Below are positions 24,392 through 38,816 of a stretch of DNA of 64,000 nt, piece after piece. This DNA is from Eledone cirrhosa (taxonomy: Eukaryota). A program made the translations under genes and the position numbers. Location of the stretch: NCBI GenBank assembly GCA_964016885.1, contig OZ024743.1, positions 79,546,001 through 79,610,000 of the forward strand, given 5' to 3'. Each line of letters begins with the position of its first letter. Position 1 is the stretch's first letter. The notes under the pieces were generated by a model, which did no database searches, was not told the origin of the DNA, and saw only the letters and a program-made list of their open reading frames with translations.

Positions 24392-25415
24392 AATGTTTTT
24401 TTTTAATGTTATTTTTTAAATTTTCCTGTATGTAATTTAATTTATCTATTTTGGAAAACAACAATTTGAGAAAGAATTTGCTGATATTTTTAGGGGGAAA
24501 GATGACCGTAGATGTTATTGTTAACCTTCTGTATTAGATAGAATCCACTGTATGGTTTAACATCAAGTCCTATGGTACCTTTGCAAAGTTCACTCTGTTT
24601 CAATCCTCCGGGCCAGCTTTCTGTATTTAAATTACCTTCCATATCCCAGCCCTCCCATCAATCTCATATACTCCTAAATGTGTCATGGGTAATGTCGTCC
24701 CCTAACTGACTATACGAATAATATTTTCGTTGACTTATTACAAAGTCTGTAATTAATATTTTGCTATAAACAACAGTAGTCCAAAAAACCAAACAATAGG
24801 TTCTTAATTTGAGGGGTAGTTGGCTTCTCTTTCTAGACGGTACTACAGGGTGTATAGCTAATATTAAGTATTAATATATCAGGCAGTATAACAGCATCTC
24901 CTTACCTTTAGTTACCTTTAGAGGAATCACCTCTATTGCCAGCATCTAGGACATGTGTCTGCTTTCAGAATAAAGTAATATTTCCCTTCCTCACCTCCGA
25001 GACCCTCAAATGTCCCCTAAATTTTGCCCTACCCTCACTAAATTTTCACTAAAACAAGAAATATATAATATAACAAAACAATATATATATTACACTATAT
25101 ATATTACATTATATATAACACTATATATATTATATAATGTAGAAAGTGATCTAAGGCTTAAACAATGCAAAATGTACGATAAGATGGAGGTAAGGCAACA
25201 TTTAGTTACCTGGTAATGATCGTCTGCTATATTACCAGGTAACTAAAGGTTAGGTTACCTTCATCCTACCCTCCACTTTACATTGTTTAACCTTATATCA
25301 CTTTCTACATTATATATTATATACAATACTTCAACCAAACAACATCTTATTATCACTAAAATATTGTTACCCTATCTCAGTATTAGTGATTATTATTGTC
25401 CCCGAGTTACCAGCA

Positions 25416-25488
25416 GCCCGGCTAGCTCAGTCGGTAGAGCACGAGACTCTTAATCTCGGGGTCGTGGGTTCGAGCCCCACGTTGGGCG
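25416..25488 (+). tRNA. tRNA-Lys-CTT: tRNA-Lys(CTT), perfect, slot A
   Basis: Identical to consensus. Confidence 0.95.
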
Positions 25489-26784
25489 GATGTCATCTTT
25501 TTAAAAATAATTTATGTTCCTAGTAAATTAATTTCCCCATAGGTTTATATTGAGAGTCACTCCCCGGCATTGTTATTTATCGACCCCGTAAGGATGAAAG
25601 GCAAAGTTAACTTCGGCGGGATTTGAACACAGAATGACAAGGGCCGTAACTCTATGCATCAAAGCATGGCGTACGACCCTTTTTATAGTATTGGTAGAGG
25701 CTCGGACGCCATGCTTTGACGCATAGGGTTACGGCCCTTGCCATTCTGAGTACAAATTCCACCGAAGTTAAATAAATTACCAGTAATTCACTGTCTCATT
25801 GCTGGCCTTGTGCCAAAAAGTAGGAACAATTATTATCCTAGCCCCAGAAGGGCGTCAGGTTGGCAGAATCGGCAGAGCGTCGGACAGAACTGTTTGTGGT
25901 ATTTATTTACGATAGGTTCTGTTACAGTTTCTGTTAAAATCCTACTTCTGTTAATTGTTCCTTTTATAATTCCGAGAATGATAAAATACCAATCAACAAA
26001 TGAAATCGATATAATTGATTTTCTCCCTCTGTATTATGATCACAGTCATTCCAATCACGACCATTGAGGCAGTTTATCTTGGGTCAAATATCCTTATTTA
26101 TCTATTTTTGACAACAACAATGTATGATTTGAGGGAGATTTTGCTACTATTTTTAGGAGGTAAGATGACTATAGGTGGTATTCTTAATCTTAGGTGTTAG
26201 AAACAATCTGTTGTATGGTTTAACATAAACTCCTATGGAACCTTTACAGAGGTCACTCTGTTGTTGGCATCCTGATAAGGTATCTTTTTTTAAATTACCT
26301 TCCGTTCTCCTATCCTTCTATTCATAGGATCATCCTTCTCTGAAAAGTCCCCTAAACATTGCCCTTCCCTCTGTAAATTTACACTATTGCCAGCATCCAG
26401 GACATGCCCTTGGTTTCAGAATAAAGTCATACTTCCCTTCGTCACCTCTCTCCCTCTAAGACCCTGAAAAGTTCCCTAAACATTGCCCTTCCCTCACTAA
26501 AACAACAACAAATATAAAACATAACAAAAGAATATATATCACTAAATATTTGTGTCTACTTTAGGCACAAGGCCAGCAAATACCCAGTTCATTACTGGTA
26601 CTTATTTTATCGACCCCGTAAGGATGAAAGGCAAAGTCAACCTTGGCGGGATTTGAACTCAGATCGTAAAGGGACGTAACTATGCTGGAAAGCATGGCGT
26701 CCGAACCTCTACCGATACTGCCATCCTAAATATTGTTACCTTATGACAGTATTAGTGATTATTATTGTCACAGTGTTATAAGCA

Positions 26785-26857
26785 GCCCGGCTAGCTCAGT
26801 CGGAAGAGCACGACACTCTTAATCTCGAGCTCGTGGGTTCGAGCCCCACGTTGGGCG
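26785..26857 (+). pseudogene. tRNA-Lys(CTT) degenerate, slot B
   Basis: T20A, G30C, G44A, G46C. Confidence 0.75.
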
Positions 26858-27044
26858 TATATCTTTTTATTAGTAATTTGTTTTCATAGTAAATTAATTT
26901 CCCATTGGTTTCTTTTAAGAGATAGTCACCTGTATTATTGTTGTTATTTTCATAACCCTGGCTGGTGTTCGGCAGAATCGTTAGAGCATCGGACAGAATG
27001 TTTTGTGGTATTATTTACGGTTGTTACTGTTAGTGTTTAAGTTA

Positions 27045-27601
27045 CCAATTCTATCAGGTAAGGTGGCTTGTTGCCATCCAAAGTCATCAAACCTGACGTT
27101 GCATATCTCCTCAGCTGCTACACGGATACAAGGGTGAAGGTCAGTGAGGAGAGATACGTGGTTGTAGCAAGGAATGATAGGTAGTGTGTAGAGGAATTTC
27201 TACATGGTGAAGCAGTTCCTCAACAGGAAGAGGGCTGGGTGGACGTCACTTATGTCCAGTCTGTTCGTAAGGGTTGTGAGCTGTTGGAGCCAGAACATGA
27301 TGGTGGAGTGGATGGCCGGCGAGCGGATCCGCGACTGGAGGTTGAGGACATCCTCTTTCGGGGTCACCTGCACCTGGAGGAGAATGACTCGCACATCCAA
27401 GACGGAGGCTGCAAAGCAAACTCCGTCGTTATTGACATTCACCACCTCCGAGTTGGACCAGTTGACCTCGGATCCGATTCTCGCCAGAACAGGAACGACT
27501 GAGCGCAGGTCGTGACAGACAGTCTCCACGGGCCCAAGCAACGTGGCATCATCCAGGTACCAAAAGTTCAAAGAGGCATTGATGTTCCGAGCAATGTGGT
27601 C
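27045..27601 (-). mobile_element. CRE-like RT fragment
   Basis: ORF 27200..27571 NFWYLDDATLLG. Confidence 0.8.
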
Positions 27602-27643
27602 ATACCAGTACTATTGATTATTGTTGTTCATGTGTTGCCATCA

Positions 27644-27716
27644 GCCCGGCTAGCTCAGTCGGTAGATCACGATACTCTTAATCTCGGGGTCGTGGGTTCG
27701 AGCCCCCCGTTGGGCG
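27644..27716 (+). pseudogene. tRNA-Lys(CTT) degenerate, slot C
   Basis: Same lesions as 24319. Confidence 0.8.
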
Positions 27717-28740
27717 AATGTTTTTTTTTAATGTTATTTTTTGAATTTTCCTGTATGTAATTTAATTTATCTATTTTGGAAAACAACAATTTGAGAAAGA
27801 ATTTGCTGATATTTTTAGGGGGAAAGATGACCGTAGATGTTATTGTTAACCTTCTGTATTAGATAGAATCCACTGTATGGTTTAACATCAAGTCCTATGG
27901 TACCTTTGCAAAGTTCACTCTGTTTCAATCCTCCGGGCCAGCTTTCTGTATTTAAATTACCTTCCATATCCCAGCCCTCCCATCAATCTCATATACTCCT
28001 AAATGTGTCATGGGTAATGTCGTCCCCTAACTGACTATACGAATAATATTTTCGTTGACTTATTACAAAGTCTGTAATTAATATTTTGCTATAAACAACA
28101 GTAGTCCAAAAAACCAAACAATAGGTTCTTAATTTGAGGGGTAGTTGGCTTCTCTTTCTAGACGGTACTACAGGGTGTATAGCTAATATTAAGTATTAAT
28201 ATATCAGGCAGTATAACAGCATCTCCTTACCTTTAGTTACCTTTAGAGGAATCACCTCTATTGCCAGCATCTAGGACATGTGTCTGCTTTCAGAATAAAG
28301 TAATATTTCCCTTCCTCACCTCCGAGACCCTCAAATGTCCCCTAAATTTTGCCCTACTCTCAATAAATTTACACTAAAACAAGAAATATATAATATAACA
28401 AAACAATATATATATTACACTATATATATTACATTATATATTACACTATATATATTATATAATGTAGAAAGTGATCTAAGGCTTAAACAATGCAAAATGT
28501 ACGATAAGATGGAGGTAAGGCAACATTTAGTTACCTGGTAATGATCGTCTGCTATATTACCAGGTAACTAAAGGTTAGGTTACCTTCATCCTACCCTCCA
28601 CTTTACATTGTTTAACCTTATATCACTTTCTACATTATATATTATATACAATACTTCAACCAAACAACATCTTATTATCACTAAAATATTGTTACCCTAT
28701 CTCAGTATTAGTGATTATTATTGTCCCCGAGTTACCAGCA

Positions 28741-28813
28741 GCCCGGCTAGCTCAGTCGGTAGAGCACGAGCCTCTTAATCTCGGGGTCGTGGGTTCGAGC
28801 CCCACGTTGGGCG
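28741..28813 (+). tRNA. tRNA-Lys-CTT: tRNA-Lys(CTT) variant (A31C), slot A
   Basis: One mismatch at pair 31-39. Confidence 0.75.
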
Positions 28814-30109
28814 GATGTCATCTTTTTAAAAATAATTTATGTTCCTAGTAAATTAATTTCCCCATAGGTTTATATTGAGAGTCACTCCCCGGCATTGTTA
28901 TTTATCGACCCCGTAAGGATGAAAGGCAAAGTTAACTTCGGCGGGATTTGAACACAGAATGACAAGGGCCGTAACTCTATGCATCAAAGCATGGCGTACG
29001 ACCCTTTTTATAGTATTGGTAGAGGCTCGGACGCCATGCTTTGACGCATAGGGTTACGGCCCTTGCCATTCTGAGTACAAATTCCACCGAAGTTAAATAA
29101 ATTACCAGTAATTCACTGTCTCATTGCTGGCCTTGTGCCAAAAAGTAGGAACAATTATTATCCTAGCCCCAGAAGGGCGTCAGGTTGGCAGAATCGGCAG
29201 AGCGTCGGACAGAACTGTTTGTGGTATTTATTTACGATAGGTTCTGTTACAGTTTCTGTTAAAATCCTACTTCTGTTAATTGTTCCTTTTATAATTCCGA
29301 GAATGATAAAATACCAATCAACAAATGAAATCGATATAATTGATTTTCTCCCTCTGTATTATGATCACAGTCATTCCAATCACGACCATTGAGGCAGTTT
29401 ATCTTGGGTCAAATATCCTTATTTATCTATTTTTGACAACAACAATGTATGATTTGAGGGAGATTTTGCTACTATTTTTAGGAGGTAAGATGACTATAGG
29501 TGGTATTCTTAATCTTAGGTGTTAGAAACAATCTGTTGTATGGTTTAACATAAACTCCTATGGAACCTTTACAGAGGTCACTCTGTTGTTGGCATCCTGA
29601 TAAGGTATCTTTTTTTAAATTACCTTCCGTTCTCCTATCCTTCTATTCATAGGATCATCCTTCTCTGAAAAGTCCCCTAAACATTGCCCTTCCCTCTGTA
29701 AATTTACACTATTGCCAGCATCCAGGACATGCCCTTGGTTTCAGAATAAAGTCATACTTCCCTTCGTCACCTCTCTCCCTCTAAGACCCTGAAAAGTTCC
29801 CTAAACATTGCCCTTCCCTCACTAAAACAACAACAAATATAAAACATAACAAAAGAATATATATCACTAAATATTTGTGTCTACTTTAGGCACAAGGCCA
29901 GCAAATACCCAGTTCATTACTGGTACTTATTTTATCGACCCCGTAAGGATGAAAGGCAAAGTCAACCTTGGCGGGATTTGAACTCAGATCGTAAAGGGAC
30001 GTAACTATGCTGGAAAGCATGGCGTCCGAACCTCTACCGATACTGCCATCCTAAATATTGTTACCTTATGACAGTATTAGTGATTATTATTGTCACAGTG
30101 TTATAAGCA

Positions 30110-30182
30110 GCCCGGCTAGCTCAGTCGGAAGAGCACGACACTCTTAATCTCGAGCTCGTGGGTTCGAGCCCCACGTTGGGCG
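30110..30182 (+). pseudogene. tRNA-Lys(CTT) degenerate, slot B
   Basis: Same lesions as 26785. Confidence 0.75.
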
Positions 30183-30369
30183 TATATCTTTTTATTAGTA
30201 ATTTGTTTTCATAGTAAATTAATTTCCCATTGGTTTCTTTTAAGAGATAGTCACCTGTATTATTGTTGTTATTTTCATAACCCTGGCTGGTGTTCGGCAG
30301 AATCGTTAGAGCATCGGACAGAATGTTTTGTGGTATTATTTACGGTTGTTACTGTTAGTGTTTAAGTTA

Positions 30370-30926
30370 CCAATTCTATCAGGTAAGGTGGCTTGTTGCC
30401 ATCCAAAGTCATCAAACCTGACGTTGCATATCTCCTCAGCTGCTACACGGATACAAGGGTGAAGGTCAGTGAGGAGAGATACGTGGTTGTAGCAAGGAAT
30501 GATAGGTAGTGTGTAGAGGAATTTCTACATGGTGAAGCAGTTCCTCAACAGGAAGAGGGCTGGGTGGACGTCACTTATGTCCAGTCTGTTCGTAAGGGTT
30601 GTGAGCTGTTGGAGCCAGAACATGATGGTGGAGTGGATGGCCGGCGAGCGGATCCGCGACTGGAGGTTGAGGACATCCTCTTTCGGGGTCACCTGCACCT
30701 GGAGGAGAATGACTCGCACATCCAAGACGGAGGCTGCAAAGCAAACTCCGTCGTTATTGACATTCACCACCTCCGAGTTGGACCAGTTGACCTCGGATCC
30801 GATTCTCGCCAGAACAGGAACGACTGAGCGCAGGTCGTGACAGACAGTCTCCACGGGCCCAAGCAACGTGGCATCATCCAGGTACCAAAAGTTCAAAGAG
30901 GCATTGATGTTCCGAGCAATGTGGTC
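30370..30926 (-). mobile_element. CRE-like RT fragment
   Basis: ORF 30525..30896 with YLDD. Confidence 0.8.
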
Positions 30927-30968
30927 ATACCAGTACTATTGATTATTGTTGTTCATGTGTTGCCATCA

Positions 30969-31041
30969 GCCCGGCTAGCTCAGTCGGTAGATCACGATAC
31001 TCTTAATCTCGGGGTCGTGGGTTCGAGCCCCCCGTTGGGCG
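30969..31041 (+). pseudogene. tRNA-Lys(CTT) degenerate, slot C
   Basis: Same lesions as 24319. Confidence 0.8.
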
Positions 31042-32065
31042 AATGTTTTTTTTTAATGTTATTTTTTGAATTTTCCTGTATGTAATTTAATTTATCTATT
31101 TTGGAAAACAACAATTTGAGAAAGAATTTGCTGATATTTTTAGGGGGAAAGATGACCGTAGATGTTATTGTTAACCTTCTGTATTAGATAGAATCCACTG
31201 TATGGTTTAACATCAAGTCCTATGGTACCTTTGCAAAGTTCACTCTGTTTCAATCCTCCGGGCCAGCTTTCTGTATTTAAATTACCTTCCATATCCCAGC
31301 CCTCCCATCAATCTCATATACTCCTAAATGTGTCATGGGTAATGTCGTCCCCTAACTGACTATACGAATAATATTTTCGTTGACTTATTACAAAGTCTGT
31401 AATTAATATTTTGCTATAAACAACAGTAGTCCAAAAAACCAAACAATAGGTTCTTAATTTGAGGGGTAGTTGGCTTCTCTTTCTAGACGGTACTACAGGG
31501 TGTATAGCTAATATTAAGTATTAATATATCAGGCAGTATAACAGCATCTCCTTACCTTTAGTTACCTTTAGAGGAATCACCTCTATTGCCAGCATCTAGG
31601 ACATGTGTCTGCTTTCAGAATAAAGTAATATTTCCCTTCCTCACCTCCGAGACCCTCAAATGTCCCCTAAATTTTGCCCTACTCTCAATAAATTTACACT
31701 AAAACAAGAAATATATAATATAACAAAACAATATATATATTACACTATATATATTACATTATATATTACACTATATATATTATATAATGTAGAAAGTGAT
31801 CTAAGGCTTAAACAATGCAAAATGTACGATAAGATGGAGGTAAGGCAACATTTAGTTACCTGGTAATGATCGTCTGCTATATTACCAGGTAACTAAAGGT
31901 TAGGTTACCTTCATCCTACCCTCCACTTTACATTGTTTAACCTTATATCACTTTCTACATTATATATTATATACAATACTTCAACCAAACAACATCTTAT
32001 TATCACTAAAATATTGTTACCCTATCTCAGTATTAGTGATTATTATTGTCCCCGAGTTACCAGCA

Positions 32066-32138
32066 GCCCGGCTAGCTCAGTCGGTAGAGCACGAGCCTCT
32101 TAATCTCGGGGTCGTGGGTTCGAGCCCCACGTTGGGCG
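32066..32138 (+). tRNA. tRNA-Lys-CTT: tRNA-Lys(CTT) variant (A31C), slot A
   Basis: One mismatch at pair 31-39. Confidence 0.75.
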
Positions 32139-33434
32139 GATGTCATCTTTTTAAAAATAATTTATGTTCCTAGTAAATTAATTTCCCCATAGGTTTATAT
32201 TGAGAGTCACTCCCCGGCATTGTTATTTATCGACCCCGTAAGGATGAAAGGCAAAGTTAACTTCGGCGGGATTTGAACACAGAATGACAAGGGCCGTAAC
32301 TCTATGCATCAAAGCATGGCGTACGACCCTTTTTATAGTATTGGTAGAGGCTCGGACGCCATGCTTTGACGCATAGGGTTACGGCCCTTGCCATTCTGAG
32401 TACAAATTCCACCGAAGTTAAATAAATTACCAGTAATTCACTGTCTCATTGCTGGCCTTGTGCCAAAAAGTAGGAACAATTATTATCCTAGCCCCAGAAG
32501 GGCGTCAGGTTGGCAGAATCGGCAGAGCGTCGGACAGAACTGTTTGTGGTATTTATTTACGATAGGTTCTGTTACAGTTTCTGTTAAAATCCTACTTCTG
32601 TTAATTGTTCCTTTTATAATTCCGAGAATGATAAAATACCAATCAACAAATGAAATCGATATAATTGATTTTCTCCCTCTGTATTATGATCACAGTCATT
32701 CCAATCACGACCATTGAGGCAGTTTATCTTGGGTCAAATATCCTTATTTATCTATTTTTGACAACAACAATGTATGATTTGAGGGAGATTTTGCTACTAT
32801 TTTTAGGAGGTAAGATGACTATAGGTGGTATTCTTAATCTTAGGTGTTAGAAACAATCTGTTGTATGGTTTAACATAAACTCCTATGGAACCTTTACAGA
32901 GGTCACTCTGTTGTTGGCATCCTGATAAGGTATCTTTTTTTAAATTACCTTCCGTTCTCCTATCCTTCTATTCATAGGATCATCCTTCTCTGAAAAGTCC
33001 CCTAAACATTGCCCTTCCCTCTGTAAATTTACACTATTGCCAGCATCCAGGACATGCCTCTGGTTTCAGAATAAAGTCATACTTCCCTTCGTCACCTCTC
33101 TCCCTCTAAGACCCTGAAAAGTTCCCTAAACATTGCCCTTCCCTCACTAAAACAACAACAAATATAAAACATAACAAAAGAATATATATCACTAAATATT
33201 TGTGTCTACTTTAGGCACAAGGCCAGCAAATACCCAGTTCATTACTGGTACTTATTTTATCGACCCCGTAAGGATGAAAGGCAAAGTCAACCTTGGCGGG
33301 ATTTGAACTCAGATCGTAAAGGGACGTAACTATGCTGGAAAGCATGGCGTCCGAACTTCTACCGATACTGCCATCCTAAATATTGTTACCTTATGACAGT
33401 ATTAGTGATTATTATTGTCACAGTGTTATAAGCA

Positions 33435-33507
33435 GCCCGGCTAGCTCAGTCGGTAGAGCACGACACTCTTAATCTCGAGCTCGTGGGTTCGAGCCCCACG
33501 TTGGGCG
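33435..33507 (+). pseudogene. tRNA-Lys(CTT) degenerate, slot B
   Basis: G30C, G44A, G46C. Confidence 0.7.
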
Positions 33508-33694
33508 TATATCTTTTTATTAGTAATTTGTTTTCCTAGTAAATTAATTTCCCATTGGTTTCTTTTAAGAGATAGTCACCTGTATCATTGTTGTTATTTT
33601 CATAACCCTGGCTGGTGTTCGGCAGAATCGTTAGAGCATCGGACAGAATGTTTTGTGGTATTATTTACGGTTGTTACTGTTAGTGTTTAAGTTA

Positions 33695-34251
33695 CCAATT
33701 CTATCAGGTAAGGTGGCTTGTTGCCATCCAAAGTCATCAAACCTGACGTTGCATATCTCCTCAGCTGCTACACGGATACAAGGGTGAAGGTCAGTGAGGA
33801 GAGATACGTGGTTGTAGCAAGGAATGATAGGTAGTGTGTAGAGGAATTTCTACATGGTGAAGCAGTTCCTCAACAGGAAGAGGGCTGGGTGGACGTCACT
33901 TATGTCCAGTCTGTTCGTAAGGGTTGTGAGCTGTTGGAGCCAGAACATGATGGTGGAGTGGATGGCCGGCGAGCGGATCCGCGACTGGAGGTTGAGGACA
34001 TCCTCTTTCGGGGTCACCTGCACCTGGAGGAGAATGACTCGCACATCCAAGACGGAGGCTGCAAAGCAAACTCCGTCGTTATTGACATTCACCACCTCCG
34101 AGTTGGACCAGTTGACCTCGGATCCCATTCTCGCCAGAACAGGAACGACTGAGCGCAGGTCGTGACAGACAGTCTCCACGGGCCCAAGCAACGTGGCATC
34201 ATCCAGGTACCAAAAGTTCAAAGAGGCATTGATGTTCCGAGCAATGTGGTC
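33695..34251 (-). mobile_element. CRE-like RT fragment
   Basis: ORF 33850..34221 with YLDD. Confidence 0.8.
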
Positions 34252-34293
34252 ATACCAGTACTATTGATTATTGTTGTTTATGTGTTGCCATCA

Positions 34294-34366
34294 GCCCGGC
34301 TAGCTCAGTCGGTAGAGCACGGTACTCTTAATCTCGGAGTCGTGGGTTCGAGCCCCCCGTTGGGCG
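34294..34366 (+). pseudogene. tRNA-Lys(CTT) degenerate, slot C
   Basis: A29G, G30T, G45A, A64C. Confidence 0.78.
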
Positions 34367-35390
34367 TATGTTTTATTTTAATGTTATTTTTTAAATTATC
34401 CTGTATGTAATTTAATTTATCTATTTTGGAAAACAACAATTTGAGAAAGAATTTGCTGCTATTTTTAGGGGGAAAGATGACCGTAGATGTTATTGTTAAC
34501 CTTCTGTATTAGATAGAATCCACTGTATGGTTTAACATCAAGTCCTATGGTACCTTTGCAAAGTTCACTCTGTTTCAATCCTCCGGGCCAGGTTTCTGTA
34601 TTTAAATTACCTTCCATATCCCAGCCATCCCATCAATCTCATATACTCCTAAATGTGTCATGGGTAATGTCGTCCCCTAACTGACTAAACGAATAATATT
34701 TTCGTTGACTTATTACAAAGTCTGTCATTAATATTTTGCTATAAACAACAGTAGTCCAACAAACCAAACAATAGGTTCTTAATTTGAGGGGTAGTTGGCT
34801 TCTCTTTCTAGCCGGTACTACAGGGTGTATATCTAATGTTAAGTATTAATATATCAGGCAGTATAACAGCATCTCCTTACCTTTAGTTACCTTTAGAGGA
34901 ATGACCTCTATTGCCAGCATCTAGGACATGTGTCAGCTTTCAGAATAAAGACATATTTCCCTTCCTCACCTCCGAGACCCTCAAATGTCCCCTAAATTTT
35001 GCCCTACTCTCACTAAATTTACACTAAAACAACAAATATATAATATAACAAAACAATATATATATTACACTATATATATTACATTATATATTACACTATA
35101 TATATTATATAATGTAGAAAGTGATCTAAGGCTTAAACAATGCAAAATGTACGATAAGATGGAGGTAAGGAAACATTTAGTTACCTGGTAATGATCGTCT
35201 GCTATATTACCAGGTAACTAAAGGTTTCGTTACCTCCATCCTACCGTCCACTTTACATTGTTTAACCTTATATCACTTTCTACATTATATATTATATACA
35301 ATACTTCAACCAAACAACATCTTGTGATCACTAAAATATTGTTACCCTATGACAGTATTAGTGATTATTATTGTCCCCGAGTTACCAGCA

Positions 35391-35463
35391 GCCCGGCTAG
35401 CTCAGTCGGTAGAGCACGAGACTCTTAATCTCGGGGTCGTGGGTTCGAGCCCCACGTTGGGCG
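35391..35463 (+). tRNA. tRNA-Lys-CTT: tRNA-Lys(CTT), perfect, slot A
   Basis: Identical to consensus. Confidence 0.95.
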
Positions 35464-36791
35464 GATGACATCTTTTTTAAAAATAATTTATGTTCCTAGT
35501 AAATTAATTTCCCCATAGGTTTATATTGAGAGTCACTCCCCGGTATTGTTGTTATTTACCGACCCCGTAAGGATGAAAGGCAAAGTTAACTTCGGTGGGA
35601 TTTGAACACAGAATGGCAAGGGCCGTAACTCTATGCGTCAAAGCATGGCGTCCGACCCTCTGGTAGTATTGGTAGAGGCTCGGACGCCATGCTTTGACGC
35701 ATAGGGTTACGGCCCTTGCCATTCTGAGTACAAATCCCAGCGAAGTTAACTTTGCCTTTCATCCTTACGGGGTCGATAAAATAAAGTACCAGTAATTCAC
35801 TGTCTCATTGCTGGCCTTGTGCCAAAAAGTAGAAACAATTATTATCCTAGCCCCAGAAGGGCGTCAGGTTGGCAGAATCCGCAGAGCGTCGGACAGAACT
35901 GTTTGTGGTATTTATTTACGATAGGTTCTGTTACAGTTTCTGTTAAAATCCTACTTCTGTTAATTGTTCCTTTTATAATTCCGAGAATGATAAAATACCA
36001 ATCAACAAATGAAATCGATATAATTGATTTTCTCACTCTGTATTATGATCACAGTCGTTCCAATCACGACCATTGAGACAGTTTATCTTGGGTCAAATAT
36101 CCTTATTTATCTATTTTTGACAACAATGTATGATTTGAGGAGAGAATTTGCTACTATTTTTAGGAGGTAAGATGACCATAGGTGGTATTCTTAATCTTAG
36201 GTGTTAGAAACAATCTGTTGTATGGTTTAACATAAACTCCCATGGAACCTTTACAGAGGTCACTCTGTTGTTGGCATCCTGATAAGGTTTCTGTTTTTAA
36301 ATTACATTCCGTTCTCCTATCCTTCTATTCATAGGATCATCCTTCTCTGAAAAGTCCCTTAAACATTGCCCTTCCCTCTGTAAATTTACACTATTGCCAG
36401 CATCCAGGAAATGCCTCTGGTTTCAGAATAAAGTCATACTTCCCTTCGTCACCTCTCTCCCTCTAAGACCCTGAAAAGTTCCCTAAACATTGCCCTTCCC
36501 TCACTAAAACAACAACAAATATATAACATAACAAAACAATATATATCACTAAATATTTGTGTCTACTTTAGGCACAAGGCCAGCAGTAACCAGTTCATTA
36601 CTGGTACTTTATTTTATCGACCCCGTAAGGATGAAAGGCAAAGTCAACCTCGGCGGGATTTGAACTCAGATCGTAAAGGGACGTAACTATGCTGGAAAGC
36701 ATGGCGTCCGACCCTCTACCGATACTGCCATCCTAAATATTGTTACCTTATGACAGTATTAGTGATTATTATTGTCACAGTGTTATCAGCA

Positions 36792-36864
36792 AACCGGCTA
36801 GCTCAGTCGGTAGAGCACGAGACTCTTAATCTCGTGGTCGTTTGTTCGAGCCCCACGTTGGGCG
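36792..36864 (+). pseudogene. tRNA-Lys(CTT) degenerate, slot B
   Basis: Acceptor stem (aacc) and T stem (gtttg) broken. Confidence 0.82.
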
Positions 36865-37051
36865 TATGTCTTTTTATTAGTAATTTGTTTTCATAGTAAA
36901 TTAATTTCCCATTGGTTTCTTTTAAGAGATAGTCACCTGTATCATTGTTGTTATTTTCATAACCCTGGCTGGTGTTCGGCAGAATCGTTAGAGCATCGGA
37001 CAGAATGTTTTGTGGTATTATGTACGGTTGTTACTGTTAGTGTTTAAGTTA

Positions 37052-37608
37052 CCAATTCTATCAGGTAAGGTAGCTTGTTGCCATCCATAGTCATCAAACC
37101 TGACGTTGCATATCTCCTCAGCTGCTACACAGATACAAGAGTGAAGGTCAGTGAGGAGAGATACGTGGTTGTAGCAAGGAACGATAGGTAGTGTGTAGAG
37201 GAATTTCTACATTGTGAAGCAGTTCCTCAACAGGAAGAGGGCTGGGTGGACGTCACTTATGTCCAGTTTGTTCGTGAGGCTTGTGAGCTGTTGGAGCCAG
37301 AACATGATGGTGGAGTGGATGGCCGGTGAGCGGATCCGTGACCGGAGGTTGAGGACATCCTCTTTCGGTGTCACCTGCACCTGGAGGAGAATAACTCGCA
37401 CATCCAAGACGGAGGCTGCAAATCACACTCCGTCGTTATTGACATCCACCACCTCCGAGTTGGACCAGTTGACCTCGGATCCGATTCTCGCCAGAACAGG
37501 AACGACTGATCGCAGGTCGTGACAGACAGTCTCCACGGACCCAAGTAACGTGGCATCATCCAGGTACCAAAAGTTCAAAGAGGCACTGATGTTCCGATCA
37601 ATGTGGTC
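37052..37608 (-). mobile_element. CRE-like RT fragment
   Basis: Same sequence as the other units. Confidence 0.78.
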
Positions 37609-37650
37609 ATACCAGTACTATTGATTATTGTTGTTCATGTGTTGCCATCA

Positions 37651-37719
37651 GCCCGGCTAGCTCAGTCGGTAGAGCACGAACGACACTCTTAATCGTGGGT
37701 TCGAGCCCCTCGTTGGGCG
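37651..37719 (+). pseudogene. tRNA-Lys pseudogene, slot C
   Basis: 4-nt acga duplication in the anticodon stem and an 8-nt deletion after the anticodon loop. Confidence 0.88.
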
Positions 37720-38743
37720 TATGTTTTATTTTAATGTTATTTTTTAAATTATCCTGTATGTAATTTAATTTATCTATTTTGGAAAACAACAATTTGAGAA
37801 AGAATTTGCTGCTATTTTTAGGGGGAAAGATGACCGTAGCTGTTATTGTTAACTTTCTGTATTAGATAGAATCCACTGTATGGTTTAACATCAAGTCCTA
37901 TGGTACCTTTGCAAAGTTCACTCTGTTTCAATCCTCCGGGCCAGGTTTCTGTATTTAAATTACCTTCCATATCCCAGCCCTGCCATCAATCTCATATACT
38001 CCTAAATGTGTCATGGGCAATGTCGTCCCCTCACTGACTAAACGAATAATATTTTCGTTGACTTATTACAAAGTCTGTAATTAATATTTTGCTATAAACA
38101 ACAGTAGTCCAACAAACCAAACAATAGGTTCTTAATTTGAGGGGTAGTTGGCTTCTCTTTCTAGCCGGTAATACAGGGTGTATAGGTAATGTTAAGTATT
38201 AATATATCAGGCAGTATAACACCATCTCCTTACCTTTAGTTACGTTTAGAGGAATCACCTCTATTGCCAGCATCTAGGACACGTGTCTGCTTTCAGAATA
38301 AAGTCATATTTCCCTTCATCAAATCCGAGACCCTCAAATGTCCCCTAAATTTTGCCCTACCCTCACTAAATTTACACTAAAACAACAAATATATAATATA
38401 ACAAAACAATATATATATTACACTATATATATTACATTATATATTACACTATATATATTATATAATGTAGAAAGTGATCTAAGGCTTAAACAATGCAAAA
38501 TGTACGATAAGATGGAGGTAGGGAAACTTTTAGTTACCTGGTAATGATCGTCTGCTATATTACCAGGTAACTAAAGGTTTCGTTACCTTCATCCTACCCT
38601 CCACTTTACATTGTTTAACCTTATATCACTTTCTACATTATATATTATATACAATACTTCAACCAAACAACATCTTATTATCACTCAAATATTGTTACCC
38701 TATGACAGTATTAGTGATTATTATTGCCTCAGAGCTACCAGCA

Positions 38744-38816
38744 GCCCGGCTAGCTCAGTCGGTAGAGCACGAGACTCTTAATCTCGGGGTCGTGGGTTCG
38801 AGCCCCACGTTGGGCG
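38744..38816 (+). tRNA. tRNA-Lys-CTT: tRNA-Lys(CTT), perfect, slot A
   Basis: Identical to consensus. Confidence 0.95.
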
